Source: an uncultured Chloroflexia bacterium
GTDB taxonomy: Bacteria > Chloroflexota > Limnocylindria > Limnocylindrales > CSP1-4
Direction of reading: 5' to 3'
DNA: 64,000 nucleotides
NCBI GenBank assembly: GCA_963752475.1
Contig: CAVVYR010000006.1
Coordinates: 160,001 to 224,000 of the forward strand
Each line of letters starts with the position of its first letter. The stretch's first letter is position 1. The notes beneath the pieces were generated by a model. The model was not told where the DNA came from. It made no database searches and saw only the letters and a list, made by a program, of their open reading frames with translations. A program made the translations under genes and the position numbers. Shown here one piece after another: positions 1 through 10,036 of the stretch.

Positions 1-43
1 TCACACAGCACCCGCCCGTAGTCGGTTGTCGTGTCGCCCCCAT

Positions 44-357
44 CGACGCCATCGGCCCGGTCCCGCAGCACCTGCTCGTAGAGCAACTCGTCGTGTCGCC
101 CCCATCGACGCTATGGGCCGCTCGTGGTCGGTTGTCGTCCCTGGCGACGCTACGACCCGATTCGGCCGATCGATGTAGTCACTCGTCGCTGGGGTCGACG
201 CTAGTCTCGCGAGACCGTGCTGCGTGGCGCTCGGTGGCAGCTGGCCTGTTCACGGCTATGCCCAGCCACGCTCATCGCGCGCCCTCATGGTCGGCCACGA
301 CCCGGATTCGCTGGCTACGAGTGTGACTGGCGTCGACCGGGACGACGGCTGTCCACA
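44..357 (+). repeat. Left arm of ~315-bp inverted repeat flanking the HTH-nuclease gene
   Basis: Reverse complement aligns to 1064-1385 with about 18 substitutions and one 8-bp duplication (manual alignment, ~94%). Confidence 0.95.
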
Positions 358-414
358 GGTCCCGGCCAAGCCACCGCTAAGTGCACGCGAAGCGACGCCC
401 GCGATGCTGTCTCG

Positions 415-1149
415 ATGGATGACATGAGGATCGGCGCGGCGATTCGCGCCGTGCGAGTTCGACGGCGATGGAGACAAGAAGACGTGGCGGTTCGGGCGGG
501 CGTTCCTCGGTCGCTCGTCTCTGACATCGAGCGCGGTCACTTCAGCACCACGTCTCTGGCTCGACTGCGAGCGGTGGCGAGTGCACTCGACGTCAGGATC
601 GATCTCGTTGCACGCTGGCGCGGCGGTGAGCTTGCCAGGCTCCTCAGCGCGAGGCACTCGGCACTGCATGAGGCGATCGCCGCGTACCTTGCGCGTCTCC
701 CCGGCTGGGAGTTCGCATCCGAGGTCTCGTTCTCGATCTACGGGGAACGTGGTGCCATCGACATCCTGGCGTTCCATCCTGCGACTCGCTCGCTCTTGCT
801 CATCGAGCTGAAGACGGAGATCGTCGACGTCAATGAGTTGGTGGGCACGCTCGATCGCAAGACTCGTCTTGCGCGTCGGATCGCGGCCGAGCGTGGCTGG
901 GAGGCTCGATCGGTGAGTCGGTGGGTCATCGTCACACGCGACAAGACGAACCAGCGGCGTATCGAGGCGCACCGCTCGATGTTGCGAACGGCATTGCCGG
1001 CCGACGGCCACGCGATGCGGAGTTGGCTCGCGCATCCAGCGGCGTCGATCTCCGGCCTATCGATGTGGACAGCCGTCGTCCCGGTCGACGCCAGTCCCAC
1101 TCGTAGTCAGCGGATCCGGGCAGTGGCTGGCCATGAGAGCGAACGATGA
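415..1149 (+). CDS. XRE-family HTH fused to PD-(D/E)XK restriction-endonuclease-like domain
   Basis: N-term IRAVRVRRRWRQEDVAVRAGVPRSLVSDIERG (XRE HTH); C-term EVSF..GAIDILAF..LLLIELKT (E..D..ExK motif). Start set at ATG 415 because the longer ORF begins inside the left repeat arm. Confidence 0.8.
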   Translation: MDDMRIGAAIRAVRVRRRWRQEDVAVRAGVPRSLVSDIERGHFSTTSLARLRAVASALDVRIDLVARWRGGELARLLSARHSALHEAIAAYLARLPGWEFASEVSFSIYGERGAIDILAFHPATRSLLLIELKTEIVDVNELVGTLDRKTRLARRIAAERGWEARSVSRWVIVTRDKTNQRRIEAHRSMLRTALPADGHAMRSWLAHPAASISGLSMWTAVVPVDASPTRSQRIRAVAGHESER

Positions 1150-1385
1150 GCGTGGCTGGGCATAGCCGTGAACAGGCCAGCTGCCACGGAGCGCCACGCA
1201 GCACGGTCTCGCGAGACTAGCGTCGACCCCAGCGACGAGTGACTACATGGATCGGCCGAATCGGGTCGTAGCGTCGTCAGGGACGACAACCGACTACGAG
1301 CGGCCCATAGCGTCGATGGGGGCGACACGGCGACACGACGAGTTGCTCGACGAGCGGGTGCTGCGGGATCGGGCCGATAGCGTCG
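1064..1385 (-). repeat. Right arm of inverted repeat; overlaps the last ~28 codons of the nuclease gene
   Basis: Inverted copy of 44-357. Confidence 0.95.
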
Positions 1386-1444
1386 GTAGGTACGTCGAAC
1401 GTAGCACCGGCTGGGTTGCTGCGTCGGACGGGGAGCCCGGAAGC

Positions 1445-4102
1445 CTAGGAGTCGGCTCGGCGATAGAAGGCGATGAGCTGCGTGGTGCCGCGCAGGTTGT
1501 GGCCGTTGAGGACGAGGAAGTCATCGAGGCCGTTGCCGTCGTGGTCGATGGCGAAGGCATCATCGCCGGCGCCGTCGGAGACCTGCGGGATGATCATCGA
1601 GGACCAGGCCCGGCCGTTGTCACGGTTCACGAGCATGATGTCGTGCACGTTCTTCTCGGGGGCGCTGCGCATGAGGTAGATGTCGCCGCGCCCGTCGCCG
1701 TTGACGTCGCCCGAGGCGAGTGCTCGACCCTCGGTCAGATTGCGCTCGAAGACCTTGGTGAAGCGGCCCTTCTTCTGCAGGCTGACCTTGATCTTGCCTT
1801 GTGAGAGCTGCACGAGGTCCAGCTTGCCGTCCTTGTTGAGGTCCACGAGCTCGGCGTCCATCTCGTCGAAGGACTTGATGCCCATCTTGCCGGTGACGTC
1901 GACGAGACCCGTCTTGGTGTTGCGGTATAGCCGCGTCGAGCCGGCCTCGGCCGTCTGAGGGCCGCCGGTCACGAGCAGCACGTCCTCGCGGCCGTCGCCG
2001 TCGTAGTCGGCATCCTGCAGCGCGCGTGCGCCGAGGCGAGCGGCGATGCCTGGCGTGGCCTTGGCCTTGAGCTTCCGCTGGCCGACGGTGCGGAAGAGCC
2101 GTGCCAGCGAAGGCAGGCCGTCGACGCGCGTCGGCGAGTTGGTCAGAACGAGGTCGATGGCCTTCTGCTTCTTCGACTCCAGGAAGGCCGACAGACGTCC
2201 ACGGCCGGTCTGATCGGCACCGCCCCAGGTCGAGGCCACCTCGACCGGCGCCGGACCGCCCGGATCGAGCCACAGCTCGTTGGTCTTGAGACCCGAGCCA
2301 CGCTTGCCGCCGACCGCGCAATAGATGTCCGGCAGGCCGCTGCCGTCCACGTCCGCGGAGGTGCAGCCGTGGCGGTCGAGCGATGACAGCTTCAACGGCT
2401 CGTGCTCGACGAAGACGCCGTTGCGGTTCAGCAGCAAACGGGCCATCCGTCCGTGGCGCCCGATGAACAGGTCATCCACGCCGTCGCCATCGAAGTCATC
2501 CACGACCGCGTCATACGTGCCCGTCTCCTCGTGCACGCCAGCCGGCTTGGCCACGTCCTTGGCCACGATCTTGGGGTGTGCCTCGGCCAGCGGCAGCGTG
2601 CCGATCTTCTTGTTGATCTTGACCGCCTTCTCGCCGTCCTTGCGGTTGTCGGCCGCCGCGTCCGGGTGGGCTTCATCGTACGTCTCGAGGTCATCGGCTT
2701 CGAACAGATCGAACTCATCCTCGTCCGCCTCCGCCGTTCCAGCCGTCTCGGCCGGTGGCGTGATCTCTTCGGCCGAGGCCGGCTCCGAGGTGCCGAAGAC
2801 GCCGGTCTGGGGCGGGGTACACACGCGCACCGCACGACCACTGCCGTTGGAGCGGCCCACGGCCCAGCCGTTGCCGCTGAGCGAGCCGACCGCGTCGTGG
2901 AGCTCGGTGCCGCCGGACTCGCCCGACACCTCGTTCCAGGCACGTCCGTCCCACCAGGCCGCGATCGACTCGTGCACCTTGCGCTCGTCATCGAAGGCGG
3001 CACCGACGACCCAGATGCCACCGGCCGGGTCGATCGAGATCGCGTTGAGGATGACGTCGTGCGAGTCCCACTTGGGCGCCTTGGCGGTCTTCCACTTCTT
3101 GCCGTTCCAGCGCAGCACGAGCGGCTTCGTTGCGCCATCGCGCTTGTGGTAGCCGACGGCCCAGCTCTCGTTGCCGTGGGTAGCGATGATGTCGGTGAGC
3201 GCGGCCTCGCCCTTGAGGTTGGGCAGCTCGTACTGGCGCCACTTGCCGGCGTCGCGGTTCCAGATGGCCGCCTTCACCTGTGCGCCCGCGCCGCCGTGGC
3301 CGGCGACCCAGGTGCCGCCCTTCTTGTCGGGGGCGACGCCGGTGAGCGTCAGTGACTCGGTGCGGCCGATGGACATGGGGATCGAGCGCCAGCGCGGCCC
3401 GTCCTTGCGGATGACGAGCGGCTTGCGGCGGCCCTTGTCACCCATGCGGTAGCCGACGGCGAAGGGGCTGCCGTCACCCACGATGGTGACGTCGATGAAG
3501 GCGGCCACCGAGGCGTCGACGTTGGGCCGATCGGTCTTCCAGCCGGCGCCGTTCCAGCGCATCGCCAGCGGCTTGACCTCCGCCCCGAGCGTGGTGAAGC
3601 CCACGGCCCACGTGTCCGAGTCATCGCGCCAGGCCACGGACATCAGTCCGTCCTCATCGCCGGGGCTCGAGGCCACGACACGGTTCCAGTCGTTGCCGCG
3701 GTTGACGACGCTGACCGGTGCGCGAAGGCCGCTGTGGCCGGGGATGCTGCGGCGGGCGTAGCCCACCGCGATCGTGCCCTTGCCCGTCCGAGTCACGCCG
3801 TGGAGCGACATGTTGGTCTTGCTGTCGACCTCGACGAAGCCCTGCGCGCAGACGACTGGTTCGCCCTTGGCGTTGTCTGCGCTGGTGATCTTGCCGCTGC
3901 CGTTCTGCTCGCGATCGTCCTTGGCCCCGAGCACGGCGTGGCCCGGTGCGATGGCCAGGCCATCGGCGAGCAGCAGCACAGAAAGGCCGAGCGCGATCAA
4001 CGGCGCGCGCTTCAAGCCACGAAGACGGGGCACGATCGAAGAGATTAGACCGCTCCGCACGAATGTGCCGGTATCGCCCCTTGGTACGGTGCGTGCGCGC
4101 AC
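1445..4102 (-). CDS. Secreted beta-propeller + FG-GAP/VCBS repeat protein (paralog 3)
   Basis: Hydrophobic leader, WAVG/RWNG..W repeats, DFDGDG/DVNGDG Ca-binding FG-GAP motifs. Exact start uncertain. Confidence 0.8.
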   Translation of the reverse strand: MRARTVPRGDTGTFVRSGLISSIVPRLRGLKRAPLIALGLSVLLLADGLAIAPGHAVLGAKDDREQNGSGKITSADNAKGEPVVCAQGFVEVDSKTNMSLHGVTRTGKGTIAVGYARRSIPGHSGLRAPVSVVNRGNDWNRVVASSPGDEDGLMSVAWRDDSDTWAVGFTTLGAEVKPLAMRWNGAGWKTDRPNVDASVAAFIDVTIVGDGSPFAVGYRMGDKGRRKPLVIRKDGPRWRSIPMSIGRTESLTLTGVAPDKKGGTWVAGHGGAGAQVKAAIWNRDAGKWRQYELPNLKGEAALTDIIATHGNESWAVGYHKRDGATKPLVLRWNGKKWKTAKAPKWDSHDVILNAISIDPAGGIWVVGAAFDDERKVHESIAAWWDGRAWNEVSGESGGTELHDAVGSLSGNGWAVGRSNGSGRAVRVCTPPQTGVFGTSEPASAEEITPPAETAGTAEADEDEFDLFEADDLETYDEAHPDAAADNRKDGEKAVKINKKIGTLPLAEAHPKIVAKDVAKPAGVHEETGTYDAVVDDFDGDGVDDLFIGRHGRMARLLLNRNGVFVEHEPLKLSSLDRHGCTSADVDGSGLPDIYCAVGGKRGSGLKTNELWLDPGGPAPVEVASTWGGADQTGRGRLSAFLESKKQKAIDLVLTNSPTRVDGLPSLARLFRTVGQRKLKAKATPGIAARLGARALQDADYDGDGREDVLLVTGGPQTAEAGSTRLYRNTKTGLVDVTGKMGIKSFDEMDAELVDLNKDGKLDLVQLSQGKIKVSLQKKGRFTKVFERNLTEGRALASGDVNGDGRGDIYLMRSAPEKNVHDIMLVNRDNGRAWSSMIIPQVSDGAGDDAFAIDHDGNGLDDFLVLNGHNLRGTTQLIAFYRRADS

Positions 4103-4115
4103 CGTCCGTACGGGC

Positions 4116-6635
4116 CTACTTGCGAGGGAACGAGGCCAGCAGCTGGATGGGGCCGGCCTTGGTGCGGCCGTTGAGCACGACGAAGTCCATCAGCCCGTTC
4201 CGGTCGTAGTCGAGGGCGAAGACGTCATCGGCCGAGCCGGCGGAGGTCTGGGGGATCTTGACCGAGGCGAACTTGGTGCCGGCGTTGCGACTCACGAGCA
4301 GGCGATCGGGCCTGTTGCGTTTGTCGTTGCCACGCGCGACGTAGATGTCCGCTCGACCGTCGCCGCTGGCATCGCCCGTGGCGAGCGCCCAGGCATCGGT
4401 GATCTTGACCTCGTAGATGCGCTTGTAGCCGCCACGGGTCCACTTGCTCACGCGCAGCCGGTTCGAGGACAGCTGGATGAGGTCCTTGTTCCGGTCACCC
4501 GTCACGTCAGCGAAGGAGACGTCGATGTCGCCGATCGGCCTGATGTTCAGCTGCGCCGTGCGGTCCTTGAGCTTGCCGCCCTCGTTGCGCATGAAGCGCA
4601 GGCCGGCCTTGCGTCCGCTGAAGCCGTACTGCGTGCAGTAGACAAGGTCCTCATCGCCGTCACCGTCGAAGTCCCCGGTTTCGACGCACTCGGCACCGTG
4701 GGACGAGTCGAGGCCGACCCCGGGCGTCGGACGGAGCTCGCCATTGACGTTGGTGTAGAAGCGGTTGTAGACCGGCCAGCCGTCGTCGCGGTCGGGGGCG
4801 TTGGTGATGAAGACGTCGGCGTACTTGTCGCGGTTGAGATCGAACACCGCGGCGTGCCGCCCACGGCCCAGCGGGTCGCTGATGCCCAGTGAATCCCTGG
4901 CCAGCGTGCGAGTGGCAAGGGCCGGCTCGAGTGACAGCTCGTGCCGCTTCATGGACTTGCCTCTCGATGCGCCGACCGCGCAGAGGATGTCTCTGCTGCC
5001 GTCGCCATCGAGGTCACCATGGTCACACCCATGGCGGTCGACCGGGCTGTAGGCCTTGTTCCCGGCCGTGTTGAACTTGCCGTTCTTGTTCATGGCGAGC
5101 CGGGGCATGATCGAGCCGTGGCGGCTGTAGAAGACGTCGGTCCAGCCGTTGCCGTCGAAGTCGGTGGCAAAGCCGTCGAACGTCTTGGTCGTCTGCTTCA
5201 GGCCCGATGCCGCGGCCATGTCCTTGACCCAGAAGCGGGGATGGTTGACGGGCTTGGCCGCCAGCTCCAGGGCCCGGGCCGAGTCGCCCGAGATCGAGAA
5301 CGCGCGGTTGGAAGTGTCATCGGTGACGGTGGCGGTGTGCTCATCATGGACGTGTGGCTGTTCCCGCTGCGACGCCTTTCGGGCGCCCATGCGACTGACG
5401 GTCAGCTTGCGCTTGGTCGTGCGCTGCTTGAGGTTGGCCGGCTTGACCGCCGCGGGCAGGTTCTCACCGCAGGCCTTGAGCGCCAGCAGCGAGGCGCCGA
5501 CGGTGGCAGCCGCGACCGCACCCTTGTCGGTGGCGGCCACGGCCATGACCTCCGAGCGGACGTCGTCGGGCGTGCCCAGCGTCGAGAGGCGCCAAGTGTC
5601 CCCCTTGCCGTTGGCCACGAAGCCGCGAGTCTCCCGCGTCTCGTTGGCGGTCTTGGTGCCGGCGATCCAGATGGTGCCGTCGGCGCCCACCGAGACCGAA
5701 CGCGGCAGGCCCTCGAACTCGGTGGCCCAGGGCAGGGGCACGCCACGCCACGACTTGCCATCCCAGTGCAGCAGGATGACGCGGTGGTCGTCCGACCCGT
5801 CCTTCGAGAGGTAGCCCACGGCATAGCCGTTGTTGCCGCCACGGAAGTGCACGTCGGTGAGGACGGCGTTTCCGGCGGGGATGCCGCTGACCTTGTAGGG
5901 CTTCCAGCCCTTGCCCGCGCGACGGACGACGTAGGCGCGCGGACGGCCGGGCTTGGACTCCTTCCAGCCCACGGCCCAGACCGCACCGGTGCTGGCACGG
6001 CTGATGCCGAGCAGTCCGGAGCCGCTGCCCTTGAAGGGGTCCTGGCGGACCCAGCGCTTGCCGTTCCAGTACATGCCGGTGGCCTGCAGCTTGCCGTTCT
6101 GGAGGCGCGTGCCTACGGCCAGCGCCTTGCCGCGTGGGAGCGACACGACGTCGGTGAGCGAGGCGCGAGGACCGGGCATGTCGGGCACGGCGCGGCCCTT
6201 CCAGCTGTTGCCGACGATCTGTCCGCTGGTGGGCTTGAGCGACCCGGAACCGTTGCCGATGAAGGGCCGGTAGTAGCCCACGCCGAGGATCCTGTCGGAG
6301 CCGATGGCAGTCGCGCCCACGAGGCCGCGATGGCCGGTGGTCGAGCGCGCAGCCTGCTTCCACTTGCCGCCGCTCCAGCGCAGCGCCAGCACACCGGTGT
6401 TGGTGCCGCCGACGATCCAGGCCTCCTGGCCCTTGTGCACGACGATGTCGAAGGCGGTGGAAAGGAAGGTCGAGTCCGGCGTGCTCACTTCCCTCCAGCC
6501 GTTCACGCAGGCGCCAGTCGCCGCCTCCGCCGGTGCCGGCGCTCGAACGCCGATGAGACCGACGAGCATCACGGACGCGATGAGCCCGATGGTCAAGCGG
6601 GTGCGGCCGAGCGTTCGTCCCATGGAGGTGGTCAC
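4116..6635 (-). CDS. Secreted beta-propeller + FG-GAP/VCBS repeat protein (paralog 2)
   Basis: Signal peptide ending APAEA, WAVG repeats, DFDGNG/DLDGDG motifs. Confidence 0.85.
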   Translation of the reverse strand: MTTSMGRTLGRTRLTIGLIASVMLVGLIGVRAPAPAEAATGACVNGWREVSTPDSTFLSTAFDIVVHKGQEAWIVGGTNTGVLALRWSGGKWKQAARSTTGHRGLVGATAIGSDRILGVGYYRPFIGNGSGSLKPTSGQIVGNSWKGRAVPDMPGPRASLTDVVSLPRGKALAVGTRLQNGKLQATGMYWNGKRWVRQDPFKGSGSGLLGISRASTGAVWAVGWKESKPGRPRAYVVRRAGKGWKPYKVSGIPAGNAVLTDVHFRGGNNGYAVGYLSKDGSDDHRVILLHWDGKSWRGVPLPWATEFEGLPRSVSVGADGTIWIAGTKTANETRETRGFVANGKGDTWRLSTLGTPDDVRSEVMAVAATDKGAVAAATVGASLLALKACGENLPAAVKPANLKQRTTKRKLTVSRMGARKASQREQPHVHDEHTATVTDDTSNRAFSISGDSARALELAAKPVNHPRFWVKDMAAASGLKQTTKTFDGFATDFDGNGWTDVFYSRHGSIMPRLAMNKNGKFNTAGNKAYSPVDRHGCDHGDLDGDGSRDILCAVGASRGKSMKRHELSLEPALATRTLARDSLGISDPLGRGRHAAVFDLNRDKYADVFITNAPDRDDGWPVYNRFYTNVNGELRPTPGVGLDSSHGAECVETGDFDGDGDEDLVYCTQYGFSGRKAGLRFMRNEGGKLKDRTAQLNIRPIGDIDVSFADVTGDRNKDLIQLSSNRLRVSKWTRGGYKRIYEVKITDAWALATGDASGDGRADIYVARGNDKRNRPDRLLVSRNAGTKFASVKIPQTSAGSADDVFALDYDRNGLMDFVVLNGRTKAGPIQLLASFPRK

Positions 6636-9127
6636 TTCTTGAACGATGCCAACAGCTGGATCGGTCCGGCGGCCTTGCCCTTGCCGTTGAGCACGACGAA
6701 GTCGGCCAGCCCGTTCTTGTCGTAGTCGAGCGCGACGACGTCATCGCCGCGGCCCTTCCTGGTGCCGGCCTGGGGGATCTTGACGGAGGTGAACCTGGTG
6801 CCCTTGCCGTTGTTGACCAGCAGCTGGTCGGCACGGTTGATGTCCGTGCCGCCACGCACGATGTAGATGTCTGCGCGCTTGTCGCCGTTGACATCCCCGG
6901 CGGCGACGGCCTGGGCCTTGTCCGTCTTGCGTTCGTAGACCTTCTTGAAGCTGGCCCCCTTGCGGACGCTCACGCGCACGCGGTTGCTGGCCAGCTGGAT
7001 GAGGTCATCCTTGCCGTCGCCGTTGACGTCGGCCATGGTCACGTCGATGTCGCCGATGGGCTTGACGCCCACGGCCCTGGTGCGGTCCAGGAGCTTGCCG
7101 CCCTGGTTGCGATAGATACGCAGCCCGGGGGTGCCGCCGCCCACGGGGAAGCGGGCGCAGAGCAGCAGGTCCTCGTCCTTGTCGCCGTCCACGTCGATGC
7201 CATCGGCACAGTAGCCGCCGATCGGCCGGTCGAGCCCGATGCCCGGAGCGCTCCTGAATGAGCCCCTGACGTTGCGGTAGAAGCGGTTGGTCGAGGGATA
7301 GACGTCCTCTCGCTCCGGCTGCGAAACCATGTACGCCTCGGGGTACTTGTTCTTGTCGAGCCTGATGAGCGCGACGCTACGACCGCGCCCGAGCGGATCG
7401 GCGATGCCAGCGACCTCGCGATCGAAGCGGGGGTTGGGTCCGGCCACGTCGTAGGACAGCTCGTGGTGGTTGATGGATGTGCCGTAGCGCCGGCCCGTGA
7501 TGCAGAGGACGTCGAGCCAGCCGTTGTTGTCGACATCTCCGACGTCGCAATCGTGCCGGTCCACGAGGCTGAAGGCGGTGTTGGGTCCGTCGGAGAACGT
7601 CCCGCCCTCGTTCAGCGCCAGCTTGGGCGCGCCCTGATGGCGCGAGACGAAGACATCCATCCAGCCGTTCTTGTCGAAGTCGCCCACGTGGGCGTGGTAC
7701 GTGCGCGTGGTCTCAGCCAGGCCTGCCGCCGCCGCCATGTCCCTGATGACGAAGTCCGAGGCCCGGACCGGGGCCCTGGCCGGGGAGATCCGGCGCGACG
7801 GCGCCACGTTGGGCATCGACTCGTCGACGACATGGGCTTCGCGCGACTTCTTGCGCTTCTGGATGGCGCCGACCTTGAGCTTGCGGGCGTTGCCCGAGGC
7901 CACGTCAGGGGAGGGCAGGTCGCAGGTTCGCAGTACCAGCGCGGTGAAGCCGATGGTGCCGGTGACGACCGCGCCATCGTCGGTGGCGTCGACCGACTGG
8001 AGGCTGGAGCGGACGTCCGCGGGTGTGTCGATGTAGCGATGCGTCCAGCGTCCGGCATCACGGTGAGCCACGAAGCCGCGGGTCTCGCGGTTCTCGTTGG
8101 CCAGCTGTGTGCCGGCCATCCAGAGCTCACCATTGGCCTTGGCATCAAGGCTCTGGGGGATGGCCGAGACGCCGACCCACCTGAGGATCTCGCGCTTCCA
8201 ACGCTTGCCATTCCACTTCAGCATGAAGGGCGTGTGCTTGGCGCTGTTGCCCTTGACGAGATAGCCGATGGCCCAGCCCTTGCCGTTGGCGGGCATGGCG
8301 ATGTCCGTGAGCACGGCCGTGCCTGCGGGCACCGGTCCGGGTGCGACCGCCTTCCACTTGCCCCTGACGTTCTTGAGGATGAGCGGGCGCATGGTGCCCC
8401 GCTGCTTGCGCCAGCCCACGGCCCAGACGGTGCCGCCGGGGCTCCTGCTCACGCCCAGCAGGCCTGATCCGCCCTTGGGGAAGGGATCGTTCCGGACCCA
8501 GCGGCCATTCCTGCGTTCCAGGATGAGGGCCTTCCAGAAGCCCTTGTCGAGGTATGAACCCACCGCGGAGCCACCGCCGCTGGGCAGGGTGGCCACGTCG
8601 GCCACGGCGGCGTTCACGCGGGCGCCGATGGCGACGGGCTCCTTCTTGAAGACGTTCTTGACGTAGCGACCGACGAGCGGCGAGATCTCCGCGCCCCACG
8701 CAGGCCGCTGGTAGCCACCCACCAGCCAGAGGCCGTTGCCCCGAGCCTGGCCGTCCGCGAGTCCGCGACGCAGTGGGGACTTGGTGTCCCTGGCCACGAG
8801 CCTCTTGCCGTTCCACTTCAGGGCCATGGGACCGCTGTGGCCACCACCCACGACCCAGTCGAGCTTGCCCTCACGCACGACGGAGCCTTGCGGGATGTCG
8901 TTGAAGCTGCCGTCGGGAATGAACAGCTCCTGCCAGCCGTTGGTGCACGCGCCCACGCCGGAAGCGGCAGCCACCGGGGCAGGCCGGGGTGCGGCTGGTA
9001 CCAGGAGCGCGGCGCCCAGGACAGCGACGACCAGCGCCTTGAAGCGGTTCGAGAAGGTCACGGCAACTCCGACCCTAGCACTACTTCGGGGGATCGGCAG
9101 GACGAATACGACAGACTGTCGTACCAA
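6632..9127 (-). CDS. Secreted beta-propeller + FG-GAP/VCBS repeat protein (paralog 1)
   Basis: Same architecture; stop overlaps the next start. True start may be GTG 9061. Confidence 0.85.
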   Translation of the reverse strand: MVRQSVVFVLPIPRSSARVGVAVTFSNRFKALVVAVLGAALLVPAAPRPAPVAAASGVGACTNGWQELFIPDGSFNDIPQGSVVREGKLDWVVGGGHSGPMALKWNGKRLVARDTKSPLRRGLADGQARGNGLWLVGGYQRPAWGAEISPLVGRYVKNVFKKEPVAIGARVNAAVADVATLPSGGGSAVGSYLDKGFWKALILERRNGRWVRNDPFPKGGSGLLGVSRSPGGTVWAVGWRKQRGTMRPLILKNVRGKWKAVAPGPVPAGTAVLTDIAMPANGKGWAIGYLVKGNSAKHTPFMLKWNGKRWKREILRWVGVSAIPQSLDAKANGELWMAGTQLANENRETRGFVAHRDAGRWTHRYIDTPADVRSSLQSVDATDDGAVVTGTIGFTALVLRTCDLPSPDVASGNARKLKVGAIQKRKKSREAHVVDESMPNVAPSRRISPARAPVRASDFVIRDMAAAAGLAETTRTYHAHVGDFDKNGWMDVFVSRHQGAPKLALNEGGTFSDGPNTAFSLVDRHDCDVGDVDNNGWLDVLCITGRRYGTSINHHELSYDVAGPNPRFDREVAGIADPLGRGRSVALIRLDKNKYPEAYMVSQPEREDVYPSTNRFYRNVRGSFRSAPGIGLDRPIGGYCADGIDVDGDKDEDLLLCARFPVGGGTPGLRIYRNQGGKLLDRTRAVGVKPIGDIDVTMADVNGDGKDDLIQLASNRVRVSVRKGASFKKVYERKTDKAQAVAAGDVNGDKRADIYIVRGGTDINRADQLLVNNGKGTRFTSVKIPQAGTRKGRGDDVVALDYDKNGLADFVVLNGKGKAAGPIQLLASFKK

Positions 9128-9130
9128 GGG

Positions 9131-9988
9131 CTACCAGTCGAGCTCCATGTCGAGGTACTCGGCCAGCTCCTCGTTGTGCGGCCGATAGAACTCACGGAGG
9201 TGGTCGATGACCTCCTCGTCGAACGGGTCGTGCGGCTTGTTGCGGTTGCGCATCACCCGTGGCAGCTCCTCGCGGTGGGGGATCCCGAGGTAGTCGCAGA
9301 CCTCCTCCAGCACGCCTGGCGGATCGCGGAACCAGCGTTCGCTCTGGATGACCATGAGCTGGTCATCCGGGAAGTGCGTGCGCCAGCGCTCGAGCTGCGG
9401 CTGGTAGATCCCGCGGCGCACGATGAGCGGGTCGTTGAGGCGTCGATCGCGCGGGATGCGCAGGCCACCGGCATCGCCGCGCGGGCCGATCTCGGCCTCG
9501 ACGGCGTCCTTGAACGAGCGCGTCTCCCCACACTGGCGCAGGCACCAGGCCCAGTGCGAGGCCGCGCGCAACGCCGGGTCGCGCAGGAGTACGAAGAGCT
9601 TGACGCGCGGGATGGCGCGGGCGACGCGGGCGGGCACGTTGGGGTGCGAGAGGTAGGACGGGCTCGACTCGCCCGTGAGCACCGGGTGCAGCCCCTCGGC
9701 ATAGGCGTCGCGCCGGACCCGGTTGGCCGGGAAGCGCAGGCGGTACCAGCCCAGGCCGTAGGTGTAGCGGTGGGTGTCGAAGAAGTGCGTCTCCGCCGGA
9801 CCCTCGAGGACGTTGGGATGGGCGTTGAGCTGGCCCAGCAGGTGGGTGGTACCGCTGCGGGCGGCGCCGATGATGATGAAGTCGGGCAGCAGGTGGGTGC
9901 GGCCGAGAACGCGCCCACGCAGCCGGCGGGCACTCTTGCGGCCGAGCGTGCGTTCGAGCGTGGACTTGACGCTGCCCTTGGGGTCCAT
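9131..9988 (-). CDS. PAPS-dependent sulfotransferase (heparan-sulfate sulfotransferase-like Sulfotransfer family)
   Basis: LPDFIIIGAARSGTT 5'-PSB loop, ETHFFD, GESSPSY, LRDPALRAASHW 3'-PB motif. Confidence 0.85.
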   Translation of the reverse strand: MDPKGSVKSTLERTLGRKSARRLRGRVLGRTHLLPDFIIIGAARSGTTHLLGQLNAHPNVLEGPAETHFFDTHRYTYGLGWYRLRFPANRVRRDAYAEGLHPVLTGESSPSYLSHPNVPARVARAIPRVKLFVLLRDPALRAASHWAWCLRQCGETRSFKDAVEAEIGPRGDAGGLRIPRDRRLNDPLIVRRGIYQPQLERWRTHFPDDQLMVIQSERWFRDPPGVLEEVCDYLGIPHREELPRVMRNRNKPHDPFDEEVIDHLREFYRPHNEELAEYLDMELDW

Positions 9989-10036
9989 CGGATGAGTATG
10001 CCAGCGCGCTCCGGTTCGCCACCGTATCCTCCGTGC

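Noticed and set aside
93-326. Small proteins MSPPST... (93-326, 1107-1328, 51308-51529)
   Set aside because: They lie inside the repeat arms, lack an RBS, and similarity is explained by DNA conservation; coding not excluded but unsupported.
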